64,000 bases of DNA from Chiloscyllium plagiosum (lineage: Eukaryota). The notes beneath the pieces were generated by a model. It was not told the origin of the DNA. It saw only the letters and a list, made by a program, of their open reading frames with translations, and ran no database searches. Both the position numbers and the translations under genes were made by a program. Numbering within the stretch: the first letter of the stretch is position 1; every line of letters starts with the position of its first letter. This document shows positions 11,590 to 23,668 of this stretch, piece by piece. The stretch spans positions 79,888,944-79,952,943 of the forward strand of contig NC_057718.1 of NCBI RefSeq assembly GCF_004010195.1. Reading direction: 5' to 3'.

Positions 11590-12250
11590 TAGATTATTGC
11601 ATCCAGTTCTGTACACCTTTGCAACCATGTGAAGGATAAGAGTATTGTAAAGCTTCATAGGTAACAGTCCCAGTGATGAGGACTTCAGTTGTGTAGATGG
11701 ATTTAAAAAGTTGGTTCTGTTTTCTTTAAAGAAGCAAAAGTTGGAAGAATAATTAATGGTTTTCTTCAAAACCATGAGAAGTCTGAAGAGTGGGTCGGGG
11801 AAATATATTCTTATTGGTATAAGAATCAAGGAAAAAGGACAGAGCATTAAAGCAATTTGCAAATGAAGTAATGCAATATGATGAACTTTTTCCCACAACA
11901 AGCAATTTGGATCTGGAAAGCATTGCCTGAGACTGTAGCGGATGAAGGCAGGTTTAGGTACTAATGACATCAGTGATATGGGAATAACACAAAAAAATGG
12001 CATTGGCACAGATGATCAGTGGTGATGTATAATAACAGAGTAGGCTCAAAGGATTGAATGGCTTACGGCTACTCCTATGGTTCTGTTTAATTGAGACATT
12101 CAGAGGAAATTGAATTATTATCTTAAAAGTTTAAATGTGCAGGAAATTAGAAAGAAGGCTGGGGAATAGCACCAGGTGAGCTGACCTTTGAAGAGCTATC
12201 ACAGACACAACAGGCCAAACAGGCTTCTGTGGTGTAACCATTCTGTGATT
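11590..12250 (+). mobile_element. Old CR1 3' fragments
   Basis: Degenerate YCIQF..P..KDIR..L motif and CR1-like 3' UTR tails near 12040 and 12200. Confidence 0.55.
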
Positions 12251-12559
12251 CTGAAATGTAATCATTTGAGAATTCGCAAATTTAATTTAATTTATTTAGA
12301 TTTTGATGTAAAGGATCTATCACCAGAATTGTTGAAATTTTGTCTTAACAGAGTTAACAAGACAGCACTTGAGCTGTTGGACAATTTGCCCTTTGATTTG
12401 TCACAAGACAGAGAGGAGAATGATGAAGTCTGCATCCACTTTCTACCTTACACCCTCTCTAAATTTGAGTTTATCCAAAACTTAACTGTCTACTCTACTC
12501 ATACAAGTACCATTCAGTCAGTGCCATGCTTTCTAATATAAATTGGTTTCTGGTCGGGG

Positions 12560-12715
12560 AACACATTTATTTCTTATTCTTACCTTTGTGTTCAAACCTA
12601 TCCATGGCCTAAGCTTTTCTCATCTCTGTAAACTTTCACAACCCTCTAAAATTGACTGCTCCAATTTTTACCTCTTGCATGTCTAATTTCTATTGCTCGA
12701 CCATTGGTTGAGCCA
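12560..12715 (+). mobile_element. L2-type 3' fragment
   Basis: Homologous to 22430-22960 (TCCATGGCC..CTCTGTAA..ACCATTGG). Confidence 0.5.
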
Positions 12716-12763
12716 GTGTTCAAATAAGTGATAAGTGAAAAACAATTTGGTGTATTTTATGAT

Positions 12764-13059
12764 CGTAGAATCCCTAGTGTGGAAGTAGGCCATTCAATGC
12801 ATCAAGTCCACACTGACCTCCAAAGAGCATCCCACCTAGATCCCCATGTTCCCTCAATCTTAACCTTACAATCCTGAATTTCCCATGGTTAATCCACTTA
12901 GCCTGCATCTTTGGACTGTGCGAGGAAATCAGAGCACACAGAAGAAACCCATACAGAGACAGGGACAACATGCAAGCTCCAGACAGATAGTTACCCAAGG
13001 CTCGAACCCGGGTCCCTGGCACTGTGAGGCAGCAATGCTAACCACTGAGACTCATGCCA
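12764..13059 (-). mobile_element. HE1-type SINE
   Basis: Head CTCAGTGGTTAGCATTGCTGCCTCACAGTGCCAGGGACCCGGGTTCGAG on the minus strand; homologous to 3145-3460. Confidence 0.88.
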
Positions 13060-14061
13060 TGATGTTAGCAACAGAGGTTGGATGAGTTTAAATTTATAGA
13101 GGATGCTCAGGAGGAGGGCGAACAAGAAAATATTGGAATTGTTGAGTCTAGTTATACTAGGGGAATGGCTGTTTTACCGGTGAATCAGCTGAAGCATGTT
13201 GAAAATGGAAACAATAAAAGTGGGCAACAACAAGTGTCCTATGTGTGACAAGGGGTAAGATATAGGCTGTTTTCCCCTTGCAAAAAAACTGACCATCTTA
13301 TTCTAAGTAACTTGGTCTGTCTACTGATTCAGAGTGATGTCTGTTCTGGGTATACTATGTGGAAGTAGCTAAAAAGATTTAAAATGCACTCATTTATGTA
13401 ATTGATCTTCTGCACCTTTCAGTGGAATTAACACATCAAAACAAAAATCTTCCTCAATAATTCAAAGAATTTGGTTCTGTGTTACTTTATATTCCTAATA
13501 TTTCTTGCTGAGAATAGTTGCCAAGAGTCTCGAAGAAATTGGAATTCTGAAATGGATACACAGAAATTTAACAGAGTTAACAAATATCTACAGATAGATA
13601 TGACCTACAAATATGGATAAACCGTGTACCGGCACTGTACACTGGGAAAAAATAATCATTATCTTCATGCTCTTGTGCTGTATGCAGATCTTACGCTACA
13701 GGGGAAAGAATTATATTTAATGATCCGCATTTTGTGTTCCTGCCACACCAAATCTGATAGGCAATTACTGAACTTCTTGATGGGTCAAATTTAACACCCA
13801 AAACAGATTATTTTCCCTAATATTAATAGCTTATACATGGTTTAAAATAATTTGATTAAAGTAATTAAATATTTATCCTTTGTTTGCTTCTCCACAGTGA
13901 ATCAACTGAGATTCAATATCTGATGGCTTAGATGGCAGAGCACAATCCCAGACCAAGAATGGTGAGGTCTGAGGTTAGAAGGTCCAAATACAACATAGGA
14001 TCCTAATAACTGATCGACTATTTGACCTTATGGGCATTATTGAACTTGAGTATTGCTGAAA

Positions 14062-14400
14062 AATGACTGTTGAAGATTTTCTTCTTACAGTCATTAGGAT
14101 AATTCAGAAGAATACTAGCAAAGGGGAAAACCACCCCTTTAAACCATATGAGAAAAGAATGCTGATTTGTTAGCAAATTAATAGAAGTGCTGCATTGGAG
14201 AATGCAGCAGTTAGTGATGATTGACTATTAACTACCAGGCTTTGTTTAGATTTTAAAACATGTAAATTAACTCTGATTGGTTAGAGTTGCTCTGAGAATT
14301 AACTGGCAGATGGCTATTACATATTTTGTTGAATTGAAAGAGGTATAATGCATGCACATTTCTTTTTTTTCTACAAAGAAAGGTTTCCTTCGTATAAAGA
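14062..14400 (-). mobile_element. Poseidon-type PLE 3' end/pseudo-LTR with decayed hammerhead
   Basis: Minus strand ATC-CTAATGA-CTGTAAGAA-GAAA-ATCT-TC-AAC (14100-14069); inverted homolog of 14760-15045. Confidence 0.7.
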
Positions 14401-14419
14401 AAGGTAAAGGTTAATTTGC

Positions 14420-14619
14420 ATAGACTAACCAATTCTTGGGCTGCTCTCTCATTAGAGAGAGACAACTGAGCGTGAGTTTAATCTGAGGGTCACCATGTCT
14501 CACATAAAGGATGAGGATGAGAAGCTGGAACCCTCAGACAGAGCAAGAATTGAACCCATGCTGCTGGCTTCATTCTGTATTGCAAACCAGCCATCAAGCC
14601 AACTGAAATAACTGATGCC
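14420..14619 (-). mobile_element. tRNA-derived SINE, second family
   Basis: Minus strand head CAGTTATTTCAGTTGGCTTGATGGCTGG..GGGTTCAATTC, body GGTGACCCTCAGATTAAAC, tail hairpin TCTCTC-TAAT-GAGAGA. Second copy at 18822. Confidence 0.75.
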
Positions 14620-14639
14620 TTCATACCTGCCATCACATC

Positions 14640-15050
14640 AGATAGTCTGAATTATGTGAAGAATTACACTGACAAAATTTAGGATTGTCAGTCATGTATG
14701 CAGTGTAATACATATGTGTGTGTACTGGGAGTTCATATATTAATATACAGGGTCCTATCTTTTGCACATAGAAATAATGTACATATTTAAACTCAACAAA
14801 ATAGATGACAACCATTCACAGGATTATTTCTCAAAGCAATGCTCTAACCAATCAGAGTCGACCTTCTTGGTTTTATATTTAAATAAAGTTTGGCAAGTAA
14901 CAGTCAATCATCATTGATTGCTGCAATCTCTGCCGACACCAATCAAAGCCCACTTGCAAACCAAGTCGTATAAATGTTGGTTTCCCCTTACTTATTATTC
15001 TTGTGTATAGTCCTGATAAGCATAAGATCAAAAGCTTTGACAATTTTTTT
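14640..15050 (+). mobile_element. Poseidon-type PLE 3' end: GIY-YIG C-terminus plus pseudo-LTR
   Basis: FRIVSHVCSV...SYINIQGPIFCT*K, then CCAAT boxes, TATAAA (14969) and GTC-CTGATAA...AAAGCTTT-GAC (15010-15041). Confidence 0.7.
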
Positions 15051-16881
15051 TTTACCAAATGACTACTACTGCTCTTCCTTGACCAATTAAAAGTTTATAA
15101 CATGCAAATATCCATCTTATGCTGTCCTATGCACCCAAGTGAGCCACAAGGTTGAATACAGTAGATCTGATGTTACGAAGGTGGCAAGAGTTACTGCTTC
15201 TGGTGAAGTGGAAGATAATGTTTACTTCAAAACCTTGACAACTTTTGAAAATTACACAGTTACTGTTTTGAATCTGTTACGTATGCCATGGAAAGTTGAG
15301 ACTAACTAATTACACTCATTCTTACTTTCCAACAGTACCAAGAGAACCTTGTTACTGCACAATATACAATGTAGACTGAATTTATCATTGCCTCTGCTCA
15401 GAGAGAAATAACACCACCAAGAGAATTGAATGTCAAACATAGTAACCAATTAAAACTCTCATTATTAGGGGTACATATTTAAATGGGTGGTAGTTTTAAT
15501 TCTTTGTGTAGTCACTCTAATTTAGAGTGCACAGTCTATGTGGTTTTGAGGAAAATTTGCTAATAACACATTCAGTCTCTTCAAAATTGCCTTTTACACT
15601 ACACGCTGAACTATCATACTACATGAGAACAGAGTAACCAAAATCAACAGCTTTGGATAATATGTGCGGTCCCTCTGTATAAAGAGCAAGAGTTATCATA
15701 AATTAATTGGGTTAAAGGCACATCACTCATATCTGTTCAAAGTTAAAAAAAATTACAAAACAGCTGTAATAAGAAGTCATATATGACACAGGCACTCTCT
15801 GAGTAATGATCTTTTAATAGAAATTAAAATCAAGGGAATTTTGTTTTTGCTTTAGATGTGTCTGGGGAGTCGCCTAATGTAACAAAAACGAATTATGAAT
15901 GGTTTGAACCAAACATCCCCTCTTACTGCCTCTGGTTACTGAAAATGCTGCAATAACAGGGAAAAAAAGTGACATGGCTAGCTTCTGGCACCAGGTATGA
16001 ATGCAGCCTTTGCAGCTTCTTCATCATTGTTGTCAAACTATAGCACTGCTTGACCGTAGTAAATACATCAGTGCTGACATTTTAAATCATAAAGATTTAA
16101 TTCAAAAGAAGCAAAGCAAAGATTATCTCATCAATAACTGAAACATTTGCAGTTGGTTCAAGCTCAGGCAACTCTTCATAGTTTTTTGTCATGTTTTTAC
16201 ATTTTCCAAATAGCAGTTACGGTTTTTGAAACATCTCTTTGAGTTCATGATTTTACATCAGTTATAATACTGTGCTAAATTACTTGGGATGTGTCAACTG
16301 TATAACACGATAAGAAGAGAAAGGCAATTTACATTGGTATATTCAAATATTGTTCCTTTATTCATATCAATGTAGAAAACGTAGAATTTTATTTATTTGA
16401 CACATAGCATTATTGCACAATAAATTTGACTCCGTCTACCAGGTGACCTTCCAGGAGTCTATCAAACATAACCAGAGAATGTATAGAATGCAGGCTGTAC
16501 ACAATCTGCCTGCCTATCATTCTACCTCAAAGCAGTTGTTCTGATCAGGAGAGGAGGTGTGAACTCTCTCTTTATTTTACCTCAATAAGGTATATTATTT
16601 GAAAAGGATATAATTTACTATTTAGTGACCACTTAAATGACTATGCACTGTGATCACAGAAGCATCAATAAGACAGATTTTATTGAATTTAACATAGAAA
16701 TAAGGTGGCTTTATCATACTTTAACAGACTTGCACAAAATAACAAAATGCTCACTGACTTTTGCACACACAAAGTTCACATACCACCTAAATGTAGATTA
16801 CATGAAAAGGGAGATTGACCAAATTCAAGAGAATACAGCCCACAGTTTGGTGACTTGTCTGACTTCAGCATGAATTCAACA

Positions 16882-17880
16882 ATCATAGAGTCATACAGCA
16901 CAGAAACAGACCATTTGGTCCAGTCAATCCATGCCAACCATAATCCCAAATTAAACTAGTCCTGTGCTTGGCTCATATCCCTCCAAACATCTCTTAATGA
17001 TATACTTTTCTAAATGTCTTTTAAACATTGTAACTGTGGCTGCATCCATCCTCTGGAAGTTCTTTCCTGACATAGCCACTCTCTGTGTAAACAAATTGCC
17101 CCTCTCACCTTAAAAAATCGTGAAATCCCCCACTTTAGGAAAAGACACTTGCCATTCATCTTATCTATACTCCTCATGATTTTATAAACCTCTATAAGGT
17201 CACCCCTCAACCTTCTATGCTCCAGTGAAAAAAGGGTCCCAGCCTCTCCAGCCTCTCCTTATAACTCAAACCCTCCATCCCCAGCAACATTCTGGGTAAA
17301 TCTCAGGTGAACCCTCTCCAGTTTAATAATATCCCCTTCCTACAGCAGGGCAAACAGAACTTAACTCAGAACTCCAGAAGAGGCCTCTCAAGATCCTGTA
17401 TAACCTCTACATAACATCCCAACTCCTATACTCAAAGGTCTGAGCAATGAAGGCAAGCATGCTAATCACCTTCTTAACCATCCTGTCTATACATGATGCA
17501 ACTTCATGATGCATCTGAATCCCTAGGTCTCTCTTTTCTACAACACTACCCAACTACTTTTAATTATGTAAGTCCTTCCCTTGTTTTTTTACCAAAATGG
17601 AATACCTTACATTTATCCAACTTAAACTCCATCTGCCACGTTTCAGCCCATTGACCCAATTGATCAAGATCTCTTTGTAAGCTTAGATAACCTTCTTCAT
17701 TGTTCATTATGCCACCAATCTTGGTGTCATCTGCAAAACTGACATCCATGCCTTTTATATTCTCATCTAAATCATTTATATATAAATGACAAACAAAAGT
17801 GGATTCAGCACTGATGCTTGTGGAACACCATTGGTCACAGGCCTTCCATCCAAAAAAACAACCCTCCACCATCACTCTGT
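16882..17880 (-). mobile_element. HER1/CR1 LINE 3' ~1 kb
   Basis: ORF 17564-17875 (YINDLDENIKG..FADDTKIGG..LQRDLDQLGQWAETWQMEF) and ORF 17010-17210 (RGDLIEVYKIMR); ATGACTCTATGA tail. Confidence 0.92.
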
Positions 17881-18409
17881 CTCGTTGATGGTTTGAATTA
17901 AAGATGTTGATAACTGGGTTGGTGGTGCATCTGGAGACAGTAATGTTGGACTAAATTCTTTTAAGAAATCTCTGGATGCTGTAAGGCATCCATGGATCAT
18001 CACCGACAGCAAGCAGGGCTCATATTTCACCAGCTGGTTTTCGCTTTAAGCTCCTTGTCCTCAGCTTGAATGAGAAAATGGGCACTAAAAACACTCATAA
18101 GGTTGGTTTGTCATGTGGCCTTGCTACTCAAACTACGAGAGAGATTCCAAAAACAGCCTAGTCCAAATGTTCCAAAGAATCCTTGATTGGCTGATGTCTG
18201 TAAGTTGTCTTAGCCAGGGGTTCATTGTGTGAACAATGAGTCATAATGGCCTTTATCCAACAGTTGAATATCTTCGGCGATTGCCTTAATGCCTTATTAA
18301 AATGATAGGAATGAGAGGTATTTCTATAAAGCCTGCGTTGGGGACCAGCACGGTTAATAAGTTTCATATTAAATGAGTAAAACAAAAATAAGAACAAAAA
18401 TGTAAGAAG

Positions 18410-18525
18410 AATCTTGTGCCACAGTGGTACTGTCCCTACCTCTCAACCAGAAGGCCCCAGTTCAAGTTCTGCCTGCTACAGAAATGTATCATAACATGTC
18501 TGAACAGGTTGGTTAAAAAAATAAA
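18410..18525 (+). mobile_element. Short tRNA-derived SINE-like repeat
   Basis: TGTGCCACAGTGGTA (A-box-like), AGTTCAAGTTC (B-box-like), A-rich end. Confidence 0.55.
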
Positions 18526-18754
18526 AATGTAAGTTTAATTGTATAACTTTTTTATCCAGAAAAGCACTTGTACTGCAGTGCTTGTAGAATTCTCATAACA
18601 TGGGAGAACAGACCTTAAAAACACATGGTTTCAGAATATCTGGTCCACAAAATGTTGTATTTAATAATAAATATGTGTGACTTTACTCTGTAGAAGAGTG
18701 CATTGCACATAATGGAGTATAATTCTTTGATAAATGTATGACTTCTATCCTGCT

Positions 18755-18820
18755 CGATCAGTCTGACCAGGAGATCTTGGTTTAACATTTCATCTGAAAG
18801 ATGGCACCTCTGGTGGTGCA
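18755..18820 (-). mobile_element. Deu-domain SINE fragment
   Basis: TTGGTTTAACATTTCATCTGAAAGATGGCACCTC, homologous to 49295-49330. Confidence 0.55.
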
Positions 18821-18821
18821 G

Positions 18822-18995
18822 TCAAGTCACCATAGTCTTACAGACCTTGGGGCTGCTCTCTCGTTAGAGAGAGATGACAGGTGATGGTTTAACCTCAGGG
18901 TCACCACACCTCAGATAATGGAAGAGGTTGAAAAGGAGGGTTCTTCATAGTAACCTCAGCTGGTGCGGGAATTGAACCCAACTGTTGATGTTTCT
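18822..18995 (-). mobile_element. tRNA-derived SINE, second family (5'-truncated)
   Basis: Homolog of 14420-14619, with B box GGGTTCAATTCCC. Confidence 0.75.
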
Positions 18996-20171
18996 CTACG
19001 AGCCTACAAAAACCTGAACAAAGCAGATAAGGATAACTGATATCTCATTGTGCAGGTACAGGCCGGGAACTTCTGCTGGGCGGGATGGTGTGGAGGTAGG
19101 CCTTCCTTTTTCAGCAGAACCAGCAGTGGAGACGATGTTACTACTCTGTACCAGCCTGGTCTAAGGACTGGGTCAGAGTAGTCTCAGCCATCTGGAGGAA
19201 TGGCCACCACTGCAGGAAGAAGGTAAATATTCTTCCATACTCTGCCAGTGTAAGTACCACCATATTTTCTTTGATACTTGACACTCGCTCTCTGTCTGCT
19301 ACTGTACCCACCTCCCACTAAGACTTATGTCCTACCACACTGATTATTGCTTGCAACATCTTTTCTCAGTCACTGTTGCTCACCCTCACTCTCAACACCA
19401 CTAACCCTGCATGCCATCTGCACTACCTACTTACTTGCTTGGCACACATCCCCACATGGATGGAAAGTAACAGATGTGCCACCCACTTTCACCTTCTATA
19501 GGACCTAACTATTTCATTCTAGAAAGAAAAATGGCCCTAACAAGGCAAAAATAGTTGAGATAGGGGACTGTGCTCAATGATACCACAATACATAAGAAAT
19601 ATGATCCTGGTAGCACTGGCTCAGGAGGCAAAACACATAAAGGGGAGGTAAGGTAATGTAAAACAGGAATGCTGTATGCATCCAGGTCAGTTTAGAGTGA
19701 CTGAGAGCTGTGAAAGCAAAAGAAGAGTCCGGAGATGCAGCCTGGTCCACTCCAGGAGCTGGATCCATCTCCCTGACTTCACAGTGTCCTTGCTACAGAA
19801 TCACAATGATGTACCATTGTAGTGTAGGAGAATGTTGTAAGTGTATCACAGATGTGCCATGTAGATTCATTAAGGCTGACACGTATCAGATGCCAATGTC
19901 CATGGACATGGGATGCCTGTGGTTGGCGCACATAGAACATATCCTGGGATGTTGGTGCCCAGTGTCCAACACTGAGGTCTTTTGGAGCAAGTTGTGAGCT
20001 GAAGTCATCAGGTATCTGCTTTGATTTTTGCTTTGAGATTTCTTCATGACTAATTTGTTTGGTGTGTTTGATAAGATAGGGGGCTATGCATTTATGAGGT
20101 GAGCTTTACCATTAACAAGGCATTTAACAAACAAATCTCCAATCTCCAATAAGAAACAATTTAACCACTGC

Positions 20172-20875
20172 AACTTGACATTCAATGGGTTATCATTACT
20201 GGAATTCTCACTGTCAACATCCCGGGGGTTGCCATTAATCAGAAACTTAACTGGACCTGCCATATAACAGCAGGCTACAACAGCAGATCAGAGGCGAAGA
20301 ATATTACAGCAAGTAGCTCACCTCCTGACTCTGCAAAGCCTGTCTACCATCTACAATGCACCAGTCAAGAGTATGATGAAATAATCTCCACTTGCCTGGA
20401 TGGTGCAGCTCCATTAATACTCAAGAAGCTTGTCACCATCCAGGACAGAGCAGCCTGCTTGATTGGCACCACATACACAGCATTCAATCCCACCGCCACC
20501 AGCGCTCATTAACAACAGTGTACTAGCTATAAGATGCACTGTAGAAATTCACCAAAGATCATTAGACAGCACCTTCCCAGTACACAAACACTTCCCATTT
20601 TGAAGGACAAGGGCAGCAGATCTATAGACCATCAGAAACTCCAAGTTCCCCTCCATGCCATTCGCCATCTTGACTTGGAAATATATCGCCGTTCCTTCAC
20701 TGTCACTAGGTCAAAATACTGGAATTCCCTTCTTAAGGGCATTGTGGATTAATCTACAATATGTGGGCTGCAATGGTGTAGGAAGGCAGCTCACCATCAT
20801 TTTCTGAAGTGCAACTAGGTATGAGCAATGAATGCTGGCCAGCCAGCGATGCCTATGTCCTACAAATAAAAAGAT
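20172..20875 (+). mobile_element. 3' fragment of the tRNA-headed LINE family
   Basis: ORF 20534-20752 (MHCRNSPKIIRQHLP...DLEIYRRSFTVTRSKYWNSL); tail as at 11300. Confidence 0.88.
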
Positions 20876-20940
20876 AAAGCCCCCTTAATTGGCAACTTGC
20901 TGCTTTCTAGTAAGAAACTTGCCATGCCAATTGTCATAGA

Positions 20941-21505
20941 CAAAAAAAAAACTGCAGATGCTGGAATCCAAAGTAGACAGGCAGGAGGCTGGAAGAACAC
21001 AGCAAGCCAGGCAGCATCAGGAGGTGCAGAAGTCGACGTTTTGTGCGTAACCCTTCTTCAGGAGTGGGGGTGGGTATGGGGGGAGCTGCAGATAAAGGGG
21101 GTGTAGGGGGCAGGGTGGTGAAATGGGGCAAGGTGAAGACAGGGTACGACCTGGTTGGTCAATGGGAGGAATGAATCCGGTTGGTGGCAGGGAGCAGTGG
21201 AAGGGAGGGGAGGGACTTGGAAGGGAGTCGGGGGATGGGGAAGGAATTATTTGAAGTTGGAGAACTCGATGTTGAGCCTGCCGGGCTGTAGGGTACCCAA
21301 GTGGAAGATAAGGTGTTGTTCCTCCAAAAGGAGCTGTAGTTTGTTTTGGCAATGGAGGAGGCCAAAGATGGTCAATACAGAAAGGGAATGGTTGGGGGAA
21401 TTGAAATGGGCAGTGACTGGGAGGTCCAGTCGGCCTCTGTGGACGCGGCTGCCATGCTCAATGAGGTATTTCCTAAGTTTATGCTCAGTCTTCCCGATGT
21501 AGGGA
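20941..21505 (-). mobile_element. Penelope-like element 3' end (GIY-YIG endonuclease plus terminus)
   Basis: YIGKTEHKLRKYLIEH..LPVTAHFN..LEEQHLIFHLGTLQPGRLNIEF; terminus CTGAAGAAGGGTTACGCACAAAACGTCGAC, a hammerhead with its GAAA mutated. Confidence 0.88.
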
Positions 21506-22389
21506 AGATGGCATGAGATACCCCCAACCTTGAGATAGTCTTTGCCGAATTCTTGTGAGATTATGCTACAAGACACACCACAATCCAGGTCATTTAGACC
21601 TCTGTAAGATTCTATCCATGCTGTCTATAACCCTCTGCCATTCAATTGCATAGTCTACCATCCATGTAAAAGCAAATTCATGCAAGTTTTCTGGATTCCA
21701 GGGATAAACCTTTACAACCTCTAAAGGAGGAAAGGAGGTAGGGCACTAGTGAAATTATGGGAGCCTATTGAATTGATTTCACCAAATACGTCCAGCCATC
21801 AGTGAATTTTATTGATAGCAGGAGCGGTATTGGATTGTCCCAAGGAGATGGGAAGTGCATTTCCACAGACAAGAACCCATTTAGGGGTCACTTGATTGTG
21901 CCGGCAGTAAAATTGACACTCAAAATGTGAAGAGGCCACCAGATAAATGCCATGACCTCCCACAAAAAACTAGAGGGGAAAGTAATTCAAAGAGGGTTAG
22001 GCATGGCACCGTTGTACCCACACCCACCCAAAACCCAACTCTCCTCCACTCCTAAAGCTGCTTCCCCTCCAGCTGGAATTTTTAAAAATTCTTGCCTTCT
22101 CCATACAGCACAGCCCCTGCCCAATTAAGTAGCAGTCAAAGTTCCTGGTTTCATTGCTGAGCTCCAAGCTTTTGCTTAGGCCAGCAGATCATGGGAATGT
22201 GATACCATCCTTGGACTGGGATGGTAGCTTTGGCAGCAGCCAGTTAATTCAGAGGGAAAACCCATAGGTTGTCTAGAACACAGACAATGTGCATTTCCTG
22301 TGGTCTGGATTAGCTAGTAGCCTTTTTCCCTCTGAAACAGAAAATTGGGGTAAGGAAAATGTAGCATGCAATTTTTGGCAATTTAAGTT

Positions 22390-23175
22390 ATATTTGTGCT
22401 TCATGACCCACTGACTGCTGGTCTGGCAAGGCCTCAATTTTAAAATTCATGTGTTTTCTTTGAGCACTTCCATGGCCCTTCCTTTCCAACCTTTGTAATC
22501 TTGTAGTTGGGGAAATCAATTCAATGGGGTGGCATGGTGGCTCAGAGGCTAGTACAGCTGCCTCACAGTGCCAGGGACCTGGGTTCATTTCCAGCCTTGG
22601 GCGCCTGTCTGTGTGGAGTTTGCACATTCTCCCCGTGTCTGCGTGGGTTTCCTCCAGGTTACCTCCCACAATCCAAAGATGTGCAGGTTAGGTAAATTCC
22701 CCATCGTGTTCGGGGATCTGTGGGTTAGGTGAATTAGTCAGGGGTAAATGTGGGATAACGGGGGAGGAAATTGGTCTGGGTGGGATACTCTTCGGAGGGT
22801 CACTGTGGACTTGTTGGGCCGAAGGGCCTGTTTCCACACAGTAGGGATTCTATGAATTCTGTAGCTCCACATGCCTCTGAGACCTCTGCACCCATCTAGT
22901 TATGTACTTTTGTACATCCTGATTTCACTCGTTTATCTAAGGCGGCCATGCCGAACTCCTTCAGCCCTAAGTTCTGGAATTCCTTCCTTAAATTCTCCAG
23001 CTCTCTACTTCTGACTCCTCCTTCATCATTTCTTGAAACTCACCTCTTTGACCAAGCTTTTGGCCATCTACCCTATATTTCCTTCTGTGACTTGATGTCA
23101 AGTTTTATTTGTTATTGGCTCTGTTATTTGTCTTGAAATATTTCAAAACATGGAAATCAGCAGATAAATGTAATT
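22390..23175 (+). mobile_element. L2-type 3' end interrupted by an HE1 SINE
   Basis: CCCTAAGTTCTGGAATTCCTTCC...CTTGAAACTCACCTCTTTGACCAAGCTTTT (PKFWNSF..LETHLFDQAF), typical of an L2 C-terminus. Confidence 0.65.
22526..22860 (+). mobile_element. HE1-type SINE
   Basis: GGGGTGGCATGGTGGCTCAG..GGGTTCATTTCC, V-domain and CR1-like tail. Confidence 0.9.
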
Positions 23176-23532
23176 TGACGCTATTTTGGGAATCAGGAAA
23201 CAGAAAAGAGAGGAAATTGGCTTTTCTTTTCTTCAAAAAATGTTTTTCATTATTCTAAACATTATTTTTGTTAGGGTAGGTGATAATCTCATATATTTGG
23301 TGCATAGAAATGAGAAATGCACTTACTGCAACAGTTCCATTGCAGTCTTCTGTTTGACACACACCTGTCATCCTACTCCTTTCCAGAACATCTCTCCAGC
23401 AAGATGGGTCCTACAGAGAAGCAGAAACGTTTTCACAATTTTTTCAATATTGTGTGGTAAAGTAAGTCAAAGTTCTCTGACAACAAGATCAAAACATTAG
23501 GGACACATTCAATCTTAAACATTACTATTTCT

Positions 23533-23668
23533 AACAAAAACAGAAGTTGCTGGAAAAGCTCAGCAGTTCTGCAGCATCTGTGAAGAGAAAACAGAGTTAA
23601 CGTTTCAGGTCAGGTGACCCTTCCTGATTTGTTTCTGATTTACAGCATCCACAGTTCTTTCGGTTTTT
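23533..23668. mobile_element. PLE terminus in inverted arrangement
   Basis: Minus-strand copy of the 186-290 repeat (GAAGGGTCACCTGACCTGAAACGTTAACTC) fused to a plus-strand tail TTTGTTTCTGATTTACAGCATCC. Confidence 0.65.

Larger units (their letters stand above)
19040..21618 (+). mobile_element. Harbinger-derived element carrying a Myb/SANT-like gene remnant, with nested LINE and PLE
   Basis: 19067-19249 reads ELLLGGMVWR*AFLFQQNQQWRR..PAWSK..RNGHHCRKKVNILPYSA then GTAAGT. The right end (20075-20140, 20885-20940, 21510-21618) is homologous to the reverse complement of 38088-38290. Confidence 0.7.

Noticed and set aside
15974..16000. MASFWHQ resembling ABCA-family N-termini
   Set aside because: Only 7 residues; the expected L.LL.WKN continuation is absent and I found no matching downstream exon.
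21700..22350. Possible additional Harbinger-like MITEs (also ~17900-18400, 50770-51100, 56950-57750)
   Set aside because: Composition is suggestive, but I could not define TIRs, TSDs or coding motifs.
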